Assembly (NCBI GenBank): GCA_963768655.1
Contig: CAVYIM010000004.1
Location: 128,001 to 192,000, forward strand
Length of the DNA: 64,000 nt
From: an uncultured Chloroflexia bacterium
GTDB lineage: Bacteria; Chloroflexota; Limnocylindria; Limnocylindrales; CSP1-4
Direction of reading: 5' to 3'
Shown: positions 51,105 to 62,200 of the stretch, in pieces
Layout of the letters: each line of letters starts with the position of its first letter
How positions within the stretch are numbered: the first letter of the stretch is position 1
Program-made: the position numbers and the translations under genes
Notes under the pieces: model-generated
The model's input: the letters and a program-made list of their open reading frames with translations, nothing else
What the model was told of the DNA's origin: nothing
The model's database searches: none

Positions 51105-52565
51105 TCAGTTGGCCTCCACGGCCGCGGACCGCGAGACGGCCCCGGGCTTCGCCGCGACGCCCGGGAGCGTCCGCGGATCGGTGATGACGCCGGTGACGGC
51201 GCTGGCGGCGGCGGTCAGCGGTGAGGCGAGGAACGAGCGGCCGCCCTTGCCCTGGCGCCCCTGGAAGTTGCGGTTCGAGGTGCTGATGCCGTACTCGCCG
51301 GGCTCGAGCTGGTCGCCGTTCATGGCGATGCACATCGAGCAGCCCGACTCGCGCCACTCCGCGCCGGCCGAGCGGAAGACCTCGTCGAGGCCCTCGCTCT
51401 CGGCCTGGGCCTTGACCTGCTGGCTGCCAGGGACGACCAGGACGCGCAGGCCGTCGGCCACGTGGCGGCCGCGCAGGACCGAAGCCGCGGCGCGCATGTC
51501 CTCGATCCGGCCGTTGGTGCACGAGCCGATGAACACGACGTCGAGCTTCTGGCCGGCGATCGACTTGCCTGCCTGGAGGCCCATGTAGGCGAGCGCACGC
51601 TCGAGGTCGTCTCGGGCGCCCGGCTCGACGTCGGCCGGTCCGGGAATCCGGCCGGTCACCGGCACGCCCATGCCGGGGTTCGTGCCGTAGGTGACCATCG
51701 GCTCGAGCCTGTCGCCGTCGATGACGATCGTTCGGTCGTAGGTCGCGCCGTCGTCGGTCGGCAGCTTGCGCCAGCGGGCGACGGCCTCGTCCCAGGCCGC
51801 TCCCTTCGGGACGAACCTGCGGCCCTTCAGGTAAGCGAACGTTGTCTCGTCCGGGGCGACGAGCCCGGCTCGGGCGCCGCCCTCGATCGACATGTTGCAG
51901 ACGGTCATCCGCTCTTCCATCGACAGGGCGCGGATGGCGCTCCCGGTGTACTCGAAAACGTGGCCGGTTCCGCCGCCGATCCCGATGCGGGCGATCAGGG
52001 CGAGGATGATGTCCTTGGCGCCGACGCCGGGCGCCAGCCGTCCGGTCACCTCGACCTTGAAGGTCTTCGGCTTGCGCTGCAGCAGCGTCTGCGTAGCCAG
52101 GACCATCTCGATCTCGCTCGTCCCGATGCCGAACGCCAGTGCCCCGAAGGCGCCGTGCGTGGCGGTGTGGGAGTCGCCGCAGACGATGGTCATGCCCGGC
52201 TGCGTCAGGCCGAGCTCCGGTCCGATCACGTGCACGATGCCGCGCGTCGGGCTGCCCTTGCCGTGGAACGGGATGCCGAACTCGCGGCAGTTCTCCTCGA
52301 TCTGGGCAAGCTGCTTGCGGGCCAGCTCGTCGGCGATCGGCAGCGACGGGTCCAGCGTCGGGATCGAATGGTCAGCGGTGGCGACGGTCTGGCCGGGCTT
52401 TCGAACCTTCAGGCCGCGCTCGCGCAGGCCGGTGAATGCCTGCGGGCTGGTGACCTCGTGGACGAGGTGTAGATCGATCGCGAGGATTGCCGGCGCGCCG
52501 GGGTCGGACGCCACCACGTGGTCGTCCCAGATCTTCTCCAGGATGGTGCGCGGTTTCTCAGCCAT
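51105..52565 (-). CDS. leuC: 3-isopropylmalate dehydratase large subunit
   Basis: [23 protein letters not shown] and SNRNF motifs; start trimmed to MAEKPRT. Confidence 0.95.
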   Translation of the reverse strand: MAEKPRTILEKIWDDHVVASDPGAPAILAIDLHLVHEVTSPQAFTGLRERGLKVRKPGQTVATADHSIPTLDPSLPIADELARKQLAQIEENCREFGIPFHGKGSPTRGIVHVIGPELGLTQPGMTIVCGDSHTATHGAFGALAFGIGTSEIEMVLATQTLLQRKPKTFKVEVTGRLAPGVGAKDIILALIARIGIGGGTGHVFEYTGSAIRALSMEERMTVCNMSIEGGARAGLVAPDETTFAYLKGRRFVPKGAAWDEAVARWRKLPTDDGATYDRTIVIDGDRLEPMVTYGTNPGMGVPVTGRIPGPADVEPGARDDLERALAYMGLQAGKSIAGQKLDVVFIGSCTNGRIEDMRAAASVLRGRHVADGLRVLVVPGSQQVKAQAESEGLDEVFRSAGAEWRESGCSMCIAMNGDQLEPGEYGISTSNRNFQGRQGKGGRSFLASPLTAAASAVTGVITDPRTLPGVAAKPGAVSRSAAVEAN

Positions 52566-52660
52566 GTTTCCACTCGCGTTCGATTGTCCCGCCTCACAGC
52601 GGACGGGGGTCATCGAATGTACCAGACGAACGCAAACGGGGGCCGACTCGTGGGTCACGC

Positions 52661-52773
52661 GAGCCACCCGAATGCCTGAGCCACGCGAATGCCCGAGCCA
52701 CCCGAATGCCTGAGCCACCCGAATGCCTGGCCCCCCGAATGCCTGAGCCACGCGAATGCCCGAGCCACGCGAA
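52661..52773. repeat. 17-bp tandem repeat GAGCCAC(C/G)CGAATGCC(T/C), about 6.7 copies
   Basis: Units start at 52661, 52678, 52695, 52712, 52729 (16 bp), 52745 and 52762 (partial); no spacers. Confidence 0.9.
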
Positions 52774-52775
52774 GC

Positions 52776-52972
52776 TCCTCAACACGCATGGAGTGAGTAG
52801 TAAGTTGGGCTGCCGGCCCGACTCCGGCACACCGAGAGCCCCGGTCGGCATCGGTTAGCCGTAAGTGGCTGACGACGGTCCATCAGGAGCCGAATCCGCA
52901 CCGCCGATTGGCCTCTCATGGACCGGCGGCCTCGCCGGCCGCACTTTGCACTCACCCCATGCGTGATGAGGA
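52776..52972. repeat. 197-bp element bounded by 23-bp inverted repeats (MITE- or REP-like)
   Basis: TCCTCAACACGCATGGAGTGAGT (52776-52798) versus the reverse complement of 52950-52972, TCCTCATCACGCATGGGGTGAGT; 2 mismatches. Confidence 0.7.
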
Positions 52973-53293
52973 ATTCCCGGTCGGGTGGGGCCAATCCCGG
53001 CTAGATCCTGGGCGCTCCCCTCGGCGCCCGCGCCGCTCGCCCGCCCCGGCGCCTGCCCCGGCGCGCTCCCCTCGGCCGCAGCGCCGGCCGCTATTCCAGC
53101 GCCGCCCGCAGGCGGAGCAGCGGGGCGACCGCGAGGGCCTGCGCAAGGCGCCGTTCGTGGCGTCCGCGCACCGCCTCGGGGTGCCCGGTGACGTTCGGCA
53201 CTGGCCCGCTACTGCATTTGCCTGAGACGCTTCCGCTGCGAGGCCGCCGCGCGGGGTAGCCGTGCTCTGGGCCGCGCCCGGAGGAGGCGTGAG

Positions 53294-56200
53294 GTGTTGG
53301 CGAGACGTCCCGCCCTTGCTGTAGCGGCGGCCGTGCTGCTTCTTGGTGGCCTGCCGCTTTCGGGAATCGTGCCCTCACGGGTGCTGGCAGGCGCCTCCAC
53401 GACGCCCGTTTCGCGGTCAATAGATGGGATGGAGGATTCAGGCCAGCCCTCGTCCTCGTCCACCCACGACGTTTCGCTGTCCACGCCCTGGACCGTCTTC
53501 GACACGGACGTGGACGTCGTCGGCGGGAATCTGTCCTTCGCCCAGCAGGACCTCACGATCCCCTCGATCGGCTTTGCCACCACCGTCGCCCGGACCTACA
53601 ACAGCGCGGCGGCGAACGTGAACGGACCCTTCGGCTACGGCTGGTTCTGGACCTACGGGCTCAGCGTCGCGGCGGCCTCGGGTGGCGTCGATGTGGCTCG
53701 GGCAGACGGCCGCGTCGACTTCTACGCCAGCAACTCCTCGGGCTACACGCCCCCGGCGGGCATATACGACACCCTCGCGGACACCGCGGGCGGCGGTTGG
53801 ACTCTCACCCTGGTCGACCAGATGGTCTACACCTTCGCCGCGGACGGCAGCCTCACGAGTGAGTCCGACCCCAACGGCAACACAGCCACCCTCGCCTACA
53901 CCAACGGGCTTGTCTCGAGCCTGACCGACACCGCCGGCCGGACCTGGACCTTCATCGCCGCTCCCGACGGCGTCCACGTCGGCGAAGTCGACGACCCGGC
54001 CGGACGCAAGGTCGACTACTCCTACAGCACCGCCGGCGATCTGGTCGGCGTGACCGATGCCACAGGCGCGTCCGAGACGCTCGCCTATGTGAGCCACGAT
54101 CTCACGAGCCTGACCGACGCGAACGGCAACGCGACTACCTACGTCTACAACTCGGGCGGCAGCGTCGCCTCAGTGACCGACGCCCTCTCGCACGCCACGT
54201 CCTTTGCCTACAACCCCGGTTCGCTGCGCACGACCGTCACCGATCCGCGCGGCAACAGCCACTCCTACAGCTACGATCCGACGTCGCGAGTCACCGTCCT
54301 GACCGACGCCCTGGGCGCGTCGGAGTACTGGACCTGGGACAGTTCGAACGATCGCATCTCGGTCATGGATAGGCGCGCCGACGTGACCTCGTATGCGTAC
54401 GATGCCGCGGGCAACATCACCGGCGTGACCGATGCGAACGGCGGCACCGCGAGCGCCGCCTACGACGCGGACAACCACCCGCTTTCACGCACCGATGCCC
54501 TGGGCCGGACCACCACTTACGGCTACGACGGCAACGGGAACCTGACCTCGATCACCGATCCGAACAGCGGCGTGACGGCTTACGGCTACGACAGCTACGG
54601 CGAGCGCACCTCCTCCACCGACGCCGATCACAACACGACCACCTACGGCTACGACGCGGTGGGCAACCTCACCTCGGTCAGCGATGCCCTCAGCGAAACG
54701 ACCACCTACGAGTACGACAGCGCCGGGCGGCAGACACGCATCACCGACCCTGACGGCCGCATCACGCGCTTCACCTACGACGCGCTCGGACGCGAGCTAT
54801 CGACCACGGACGGCGCGGGCGGCGTCACCAGCTGGACCTACGACGCGGTTGGCAACCGCCTGACCCAGCGCGATCCGGACGGCAACGTCACCCACTTCGC
54901 CTACGACGCCGCGAACCACCTGATCAGCACGACCGACGCCCTGGGCCATATCACTACGCTCGGCTACGACGCCAACGGCAACCGCACCTCGGCGGCCGAT
55001 CCTCTGGGCGATACCACGACCACGCAGTACGACCTCGACAACCGGGCCACCAAGGTCATCGACCCCAACAGCCACGCGACCACAACCGCCTACGACGCGG
55101 TCGGCAACCGGGCCTCGGTCACCGACGCCAACGGCCACATCACTTCGTTCACGTACGACCGACTCAACCGCCTGGTGGGCGTCACCGATCCTGCGGGCGG
55201 ACACGCCGCCTACACCTACGACGCTGTCGGGAACATGACGAACGTGACCGATCCCAACGGCCACACGACCACGACCACATATGACGTCCTGAACCGCGCG
55301 GTGTCGGAGATCGACCCGCTCACACACGTGCAGTCGAGCACGTACGACGCGGTGGGCAATCTACTGACCCAGACCGACGCCAACGGCGTCACCACCAGCT
55401 ACGCCTACGACGCGGCGAACCGGCTGCTCAGCGCGACCTACGCCGAAGGCGGGGTCAGCTACACGTACGACGGGGCGGGGGATCAGGTAAGTGTCACCGA
55501 CGCCGGAGGCACGACGAGTTACACATACGACGGCGCGCGACGGCTGCTCACCAACACGTCGAACGCCGGCACGGTGTCCGCGACCACCGTGACCTACACG
55601 TACGACGCCGCAGGCAACCTGAAGTCGCTGCAGAACCCCGACGGCACGACCACCCACTACGGCTACGACGCCGACAACCGTCAGGCCTCGGTAACCGACT
55701 CCAACGGACACGTCAGCTCGTTCGGCTACGACAACGCCGGCCGGCGCATCACCGAGGATCTGCCCAACGGCACCCATGGCGTCTGGGCCTACGACGCCGC
55801 CTCGCAGGTCACTTCGATCACCTGGACCGGCCCCGCGAGCCAGACCCTCTCCACGATCAAGTACAGCTACGACCCCGTCGGCAACAAGACCGAGATCGAC
55901 GACAACAGCGGCAAGAACGGCTTCAGCTATGACGCGCTCGACCGGCTGGTCTCGGCCTCGTACGGCGGCCGCGGCGTCAACGTCACCTACGCCTACGACC
56001 CAGCTGGCAACCGGACGTCGATGACGGTCAGCGGTATCACCACGACCTACACGTACGATGCCGCCAACCGCCTGCTCAGCGTGAACGGGAGCCAGGTCAC
56101 CTCCGACGGCAACGGGAACGTGCTGGTCCTCGGCAGCCAGAGCTTCGCCTACGACTCACGCAACCGCCTCGTGGAGGCAGTGACCGGGTCGGTGACCGAG

Positions 56201-59200
56201 CACTTCGCCTATGACGGCGCCGATCAGCGCGCGAGTACCTCGGTCAACGGCGCGGCGACCAGCTACGCCTACGACGAGCATGGCCAGCTGGCCCAGGTCG
56301 TCACCGAGTCGGGCTCGGCCGCCAGTCATGTCTATGGCCTCGATGGTCAGGTCCTTTGGGATGTCTCGAGCGACCAGGGCACGACCTACTACCAGCAGGA
56401 CGCGATGGGCTCGACGACCATGCTCACCGCGGCGGACGGCTCGGTGAGTGGAACGCGTTACTACGACGCCTTCGGCTCGCCGGTCTCGGCGCAGGTTGGT
56501 TCGGGTTCCTATTGGTATGACGGCCAGCAGTACGACGAGAACAGCGGCCTGATCTACCTCCGTGCCCGTTACTACGACGCCGCCCTCGGCCGCTTCCTCT
56601 CGCCCGACACGGCCACGCCTGACTACGCCGACACGCAGTCGCTGAACCAGTACGTCTTCGCCCAGAACAACCCTCTGCGGTTCGAGGACCCGAGCGGGAA
56701 GTTCCTGCAAGTGCTGCTGGGCGCTGCGATCGGAGCGGCAGTCGGCGCTACTGCGGACGTAGGCATGACCTTGCTCACCGATTATGTCTCCAACGGCGGG
56801 CATTTCTCCGATGACCTCGGCGCGAAGGTAGCTGGCGCGGCCGTGTCGGGCGCCATCGAGGGCGGCATCGACGTTGGCCTCGCGACGGCGACTGGCGGAG
56901 CATCCCTTGTCGCCGGTAGCCTCGGGAGCGGCGTGGCAGACGCGGCGGGTTACGCGACAACCGCGGCGCTGGACGAGTACTTCTACCACAAGCCCACTAC
57001 AACATCTGATCTAGTGACCGGCATTGCTGTGCATGGAGTCTTGGGGATGGCCGAAGGTGGCCTATCGCAGGGCATTGCCGATCGCCTCGTCCCAAATACC
57101 TCATCTGTCCTGAACTCGTTGGTGTCGGGCACGGTAAGCGGCCTGTTCGAGGGCGTCGAGGGCTATTTCGAGAACCCGACCGCCTTGGCTCCCGGTGAGC
57201 TCGCCAGCCCCGCTGGCGGACAGTGGCGCGGCTTCGGCGCGGGCGGTGGTGGCGCTGCATGGGGTAGCGGTGGCGTCAGCGGAGGCGGCGGTGCCTACGT
57301 GCCAGCCACTTTCAGTCCCACGCCGCCCACGATGCCGGAGCCGAGCGGGCCGGTTGTGCTGGTGTGCGATGGAGCCAATTTCTCGCCCAGCTGCGTCGAC
57401 CTTGCCCCCGGGGCGTACGCGGACCTGTCCGTGTTCGGGATGGACAAGCGGATCACGTCCTTCCGGGCCTCCGGCTACCAGGTCACGCTCTTCGATCAGC
57501 TCAATTTCGGGGGCAACGCCACCTACTACAGCGGCGACGTGGCCCAGCTGGCAGCTGGCCTGGACAACACGGCCCGCTCAATCCGAATTCTGCCGGTCGC
57601 CTCCGGCTCCTGGTCGCAGGTGACTCCGTCCGGTTTGATTCCTCTCGCCCGCTACGGTGGCGTCTCGGTCTGGGATCCCACCGACAAGGTCCAGCTCGTC
57701 TTCGGCGGCAATGGCTCTGGTATCGGCTTCCTCAACGACATGTGGGCCTACAGCCCGGCGGCCAGCACCTGGAGCCAGCTCCTGCCCGCCTCCGGGTCGC
57801 CGACGACGAGCTTCGGCTATTACGCCCGTGGCGCCTGGGATAGCGCCGATGGCGAGCTGCTCCTGTGGGGCAATGACTGCACCTCTACGTGCGTGAGCCA
57901 GCTCTGGAGCTTCGTGCCGAGCACCCGGATCTGGACCAAGTTGAGCCCCACCGGCACCGCGCCCGGAGCGGGCTATCCCGTCGTCTGGGATACGGTGGGC
58001 AAGCGGCTCCTCGTCGTCGACTCTTCGGGCAACGTCACCGCCTACAGCCCCACCACCAATGCCTGGGCGGCGCTCACCACCGGGACGACAAAGCCGTCGA
58101 ACAACTTGGGTGTGGCCTGGGATAGCACCGATGGGATCGTGCTCCAGTTCGGTGGCGGCAGGAGCTGCAACAATGGCAACTGCAACGATCTATGGGCCTA
58201 CTCGCCGGTCGCGGGCACCTGGACCCAGCTGACCGCGACCAACCCGCCTGGCCTGCGATCCAACGAGCAGCTCGTCTGGGACAGCGTCCACAACCAGTTG
58301 CTCGTCGTCGACGGCAGCAGCTACATCAACGGCATCTCGACCTACTACGACGACGTCTGGGCCTACAGCGTGGCCCAGAGCCGCTGGCAGCAGCTCACCG
58401 TCAGTGGCACGCATCCTGCGGCACGGTGGTATGCCGATCTAGTCTTCGATCCCACCGACGACATCGCTCTTCTCTTTGGCGGCTCCAGCTCCACGACCAG
58501 CTTCCTTGGCGATCTGTCGGCCTATCAGCCAACGGCTCTTACTCTGCCGACCGGGCCGATCTCGGGCGCTCCAAACGCCTGGAGCCCTGCTCCAACCATT
58601 ACCAGCCCTCTCGCCCGCTACGGTGGCGTCTCGGTCTGGGATCCCACCGACAAGGTCCAGCTCGTCTTCGGCGGCAATGGCTCTGGTATCGGCTTCCTCA
58701 ACGACATGTGGGCCTACAGCCCGGCGGCCAGCACCTGGAGCCAGCTCCTGCCCGCCTCCGGGTCGCCGACGACGAGCTTCGGCTATTACGCCCGTGGCGC
58801 CTGGGATAGCGCCGATGGCGAGCTGCTCCTGTGGGGCAATGACTGCACCTCTACGTGCGTGAGCCAGCTCTGGAGCTTCGTGCCGAGCACCCGGATCTGG
58901 ACCAAGTTGAGCCCCACCGGCACCGCGCCCGGAGCGGGCTATCCCGTCGTCTGGGATACGGTGGGCAAGCGGCTCCTCGTCGTCGACTCTTCGGGCAACG
59001 TCACCGCCTACAGCCCCACCACCAATGCCTGGGCGGCGCTCACCACCGGGACGACAAAGCCGTCGAACAACTTGGGTGTGGCCTGGGATAGCACCGATGG
59101 GATCGTGCTCCAGTTCGGTGGCGGCAGGAGCTGCAACAATGGCAACTGCAACGATCTATGGGCCTACTCGCCGGTCGCGGGCACCTGGACCCAGCTGACC

Positions 59201-62200
59201 GCGACCAACCCGCCTGGCCTGCGATCCAACGAGCAGCTCGTCTGGGACAGCGTCCACAACCAGTTGCTCGTCGTCGACGGCAGCAGCTACATCAACGGCA
59301 TCTCGACCTACTACGACGACGTCTGGGCCTACAGCGTGGCCCAGAGCCGCTGGCAGCAGCTCACCGTCAGTGGCACGCATCCTGCGGCACGGTGGTATGC
59401 CGATCTAGTCTTCGATCCCACCGACGACATCGCTCTTCTCTTTGGCGGCTCCAGCTCCACGACCAGCTTCCTTGGCGATCTGTCGGCCTATCAGCCAACG
59501 GCTCTTACTCTGCCGACCGGGCCGATCTCGGGCGCTCCAAACGCCTGGAGCCCTGCTCCAACCATTACCAGCCCTCTCGCCCGCTACGGTGGCGTCTCGG
59601 TCTGGGATCCCACCGACAAGGTCCAGCTCGTCTTCGGCGGCAATGGCTCTGGTATCGGCTTCCTCAACGACATGTGGGCCTACAGCCCGGCGGCCAGCAC
59701 CTGGAGCCAGCTCCTGCCCGCCTCCGGGTCGCCGACGACGAGCTTCGGCTATTACGCCCGTGGCGCCTGGGATAGCGCCGATGGCGAGCTGCTCCTGTGG
59801 GGCAATGACTGCACCTCTACGTGCGTGAGCCAGCTCTGGAGCTTCGTGCCGAGCACCCGGATCTGGACCAAGTTGAGCCCCACCGGCACCGCGCCCGGAG
59901 CGGGCTATCCCGTCGTCTGGGATACGGTGGGCAAGCGGCTCCTCGTCGTCGACTCTTCGGGCAACGTCACCGCCTACAGCCCCACCACCAATGCCTGGGC
60001 GGCGCTCACCACCGGGACGACAAAGCCGTCGAACAACTTGGGTGTGGCCTGGGATAGCACCGATGGGATCGTGCTCCAGTTCGGTGGCGGCAGGAGCTGC
60101 AACAATGGCAACTGCAACGATCTATGGGCCTACTCGCCGGTCGCGGGCACCTGGACCCAGCTGACCGCGACCAACCCGCCTGGCCTGCGATCCAACGAGC
60201 AGCTCGTCTGGGACAGCGTCCACAACCAGTTGCTCGTCGTCGACGGCAGCAGCTACATCAACGGCATCTCGACCTACTACGACGACGTCTGGGCCTACAG
60301 CGTGGCCCAGAGCCGCTGGCAGCAGCTCACCGTCAGTGGCACGCATCCTGCGGCACGGTGGTATGCCGATCTAGTCTTCGATCCCACCGACGACATCGCT
60401 CTTCTCTTTGGCGGCTCCAGCTCCACGACCAGCTTCCTTGGCGATCTGTCGGCCTATCAGCCAGTCGGCATGCCTGGAGCACCGAGCGGAGTCGTCGCCA
60501 CGCGCGGCAACACCACCGCGAGCATCTCCTGGGTGGCGCCGGTCTGGACAGGCGGGACTCCGATTACCGGCTACACGGTTACGAGCGCTCCTGCCGGCTT
60601 GACCTGCACCACCACCGGGGCGACCACCTGCACCGTCTCCGGCCTTTCCAACGGCACCTCCTACACGTTCACCGTCACGGCGACCAACCTGATGGGGACC
60701 GGTCCCGCCTCAGCGCCGTCCGCGGCAGTCATACCGGCCACACTGCCGGCCGCGCCGACGGGTGCGACCGCGCAGCGTGGGAACGCCTCCGCCCTTGTCA
60801 GCTGGACCGCGCCGTCGAGCACCGGCGGGATCCCGATCACCGGGTACACCGCTACCAGCTATCCGGGCGGGCTGACGTGCGCGACGACCGGCGCGACCTC
60901 GTGCACCGTCTCCGGCCTGACGAACGGCACTTCGTACGCGTTCACCGTCGCAGCCACCAATGACGTCGGGACTGGGCCGGCGTCGGCGGCCTCTTCGCCT
61001 GTCATTCCGGCTGCCCTGCCCGGACCTCCGACCGGAGTCGCCGCCACGAGCGGACCGACATCGGCCAGCGTGATGTGGACGGCGCCGGCGGTCACGGGCG
61101 GCAGCCCGATAACCGGCTACACCGTCACGAGCTTGCCCGGGGCAAAGACCTGCACAACGACCGGCGCGAAGACGTGCACCGTGACCGGCCTCACCAACGG
61201 CACCGCCTACACGTTCACAGTCACGGCGACGAACCTCGTGGGCACCGGCCTGCCGTCGGCGCCTTCGGCGGCCGTTACGCCGCTTGGGCCACCGGCGGCC
61301 CCGACGGGCGCTACCGCCACTCGAGGCAACGCTTCGGCCGTTGTCTTCTGGACGGCACCCAGCGACAACGGCGCGAGCCCGATTACCGGCTACACGGTGA
61401 CGAGCTCTCCGGACAGCCAGACCTGCACCTGGACGAGCGGACCGCTCTCCTGCACCGTGATGGGCCTGACCAACGGCACGGCCTACACGTTCACCGTCAC
61501 TGCAACCAACAGCGTTGGGACCGGCCCGGCTTCGAGCCCGTCCGCCGCCGTGACGCCTGCCACGACGCCCGACCCGCCCAGCGGAGTCACCGGTACCCGG
61601 GGTAACACCTCGGTGCTCGTGTCGTGGACTGCGCCGTACAGCGGCGGCAGCCCGATCACGGGGTACACCGTTACGAGCTCTCCATACTCCCAGAACTGCA
61701 CCAGTACCGGTGCCACGATGTGCACCGTGACCGGTCTGACCAACGGTCAGGCTTACACGTTCACCGTAACCGCCACCAACGCGGTTGGGACCGGGCCGGC
61801 GTCCGCCTCCTCAGATCCAGTCACACCCGCAACCCTTCCTGGCGCGCCCAGCGGAGTCATCGTCGCCCCCGCCGATGCTGCGGTTACGGCGTGGTGGACC
61901 GCCCCATCGAGCGACGGCGCGAGCCCCATCACGGGCTACACGGTCACGAGCTCGCCTGGCGGCCTGACGTGCACCACGACGGGCGACCTCACCTGCACCG
62001 TGACCGGCCTGACCAACGGTCAGCCGTACACCTTCACCGTCACGGCCACGAACGACGTCGGGGTCGGGCCTGCATCGGCAGCGTCGCTGGCGGTGACTCC
62101 CGTCACGGTCCCAGACGTCCCGACCGGCGTGGCGGCAACTCGTGGCAACGGCGAAGTCCTCGTGTCGTGGACCGCCCCGGCCGATACGGGCGGCCTGCCG

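Noticed and set aside
52661-52773. Possible CRISPR array
   Set aside because: The 17-bp units are directly adjacent with no unique spacers, and no cas genes are present
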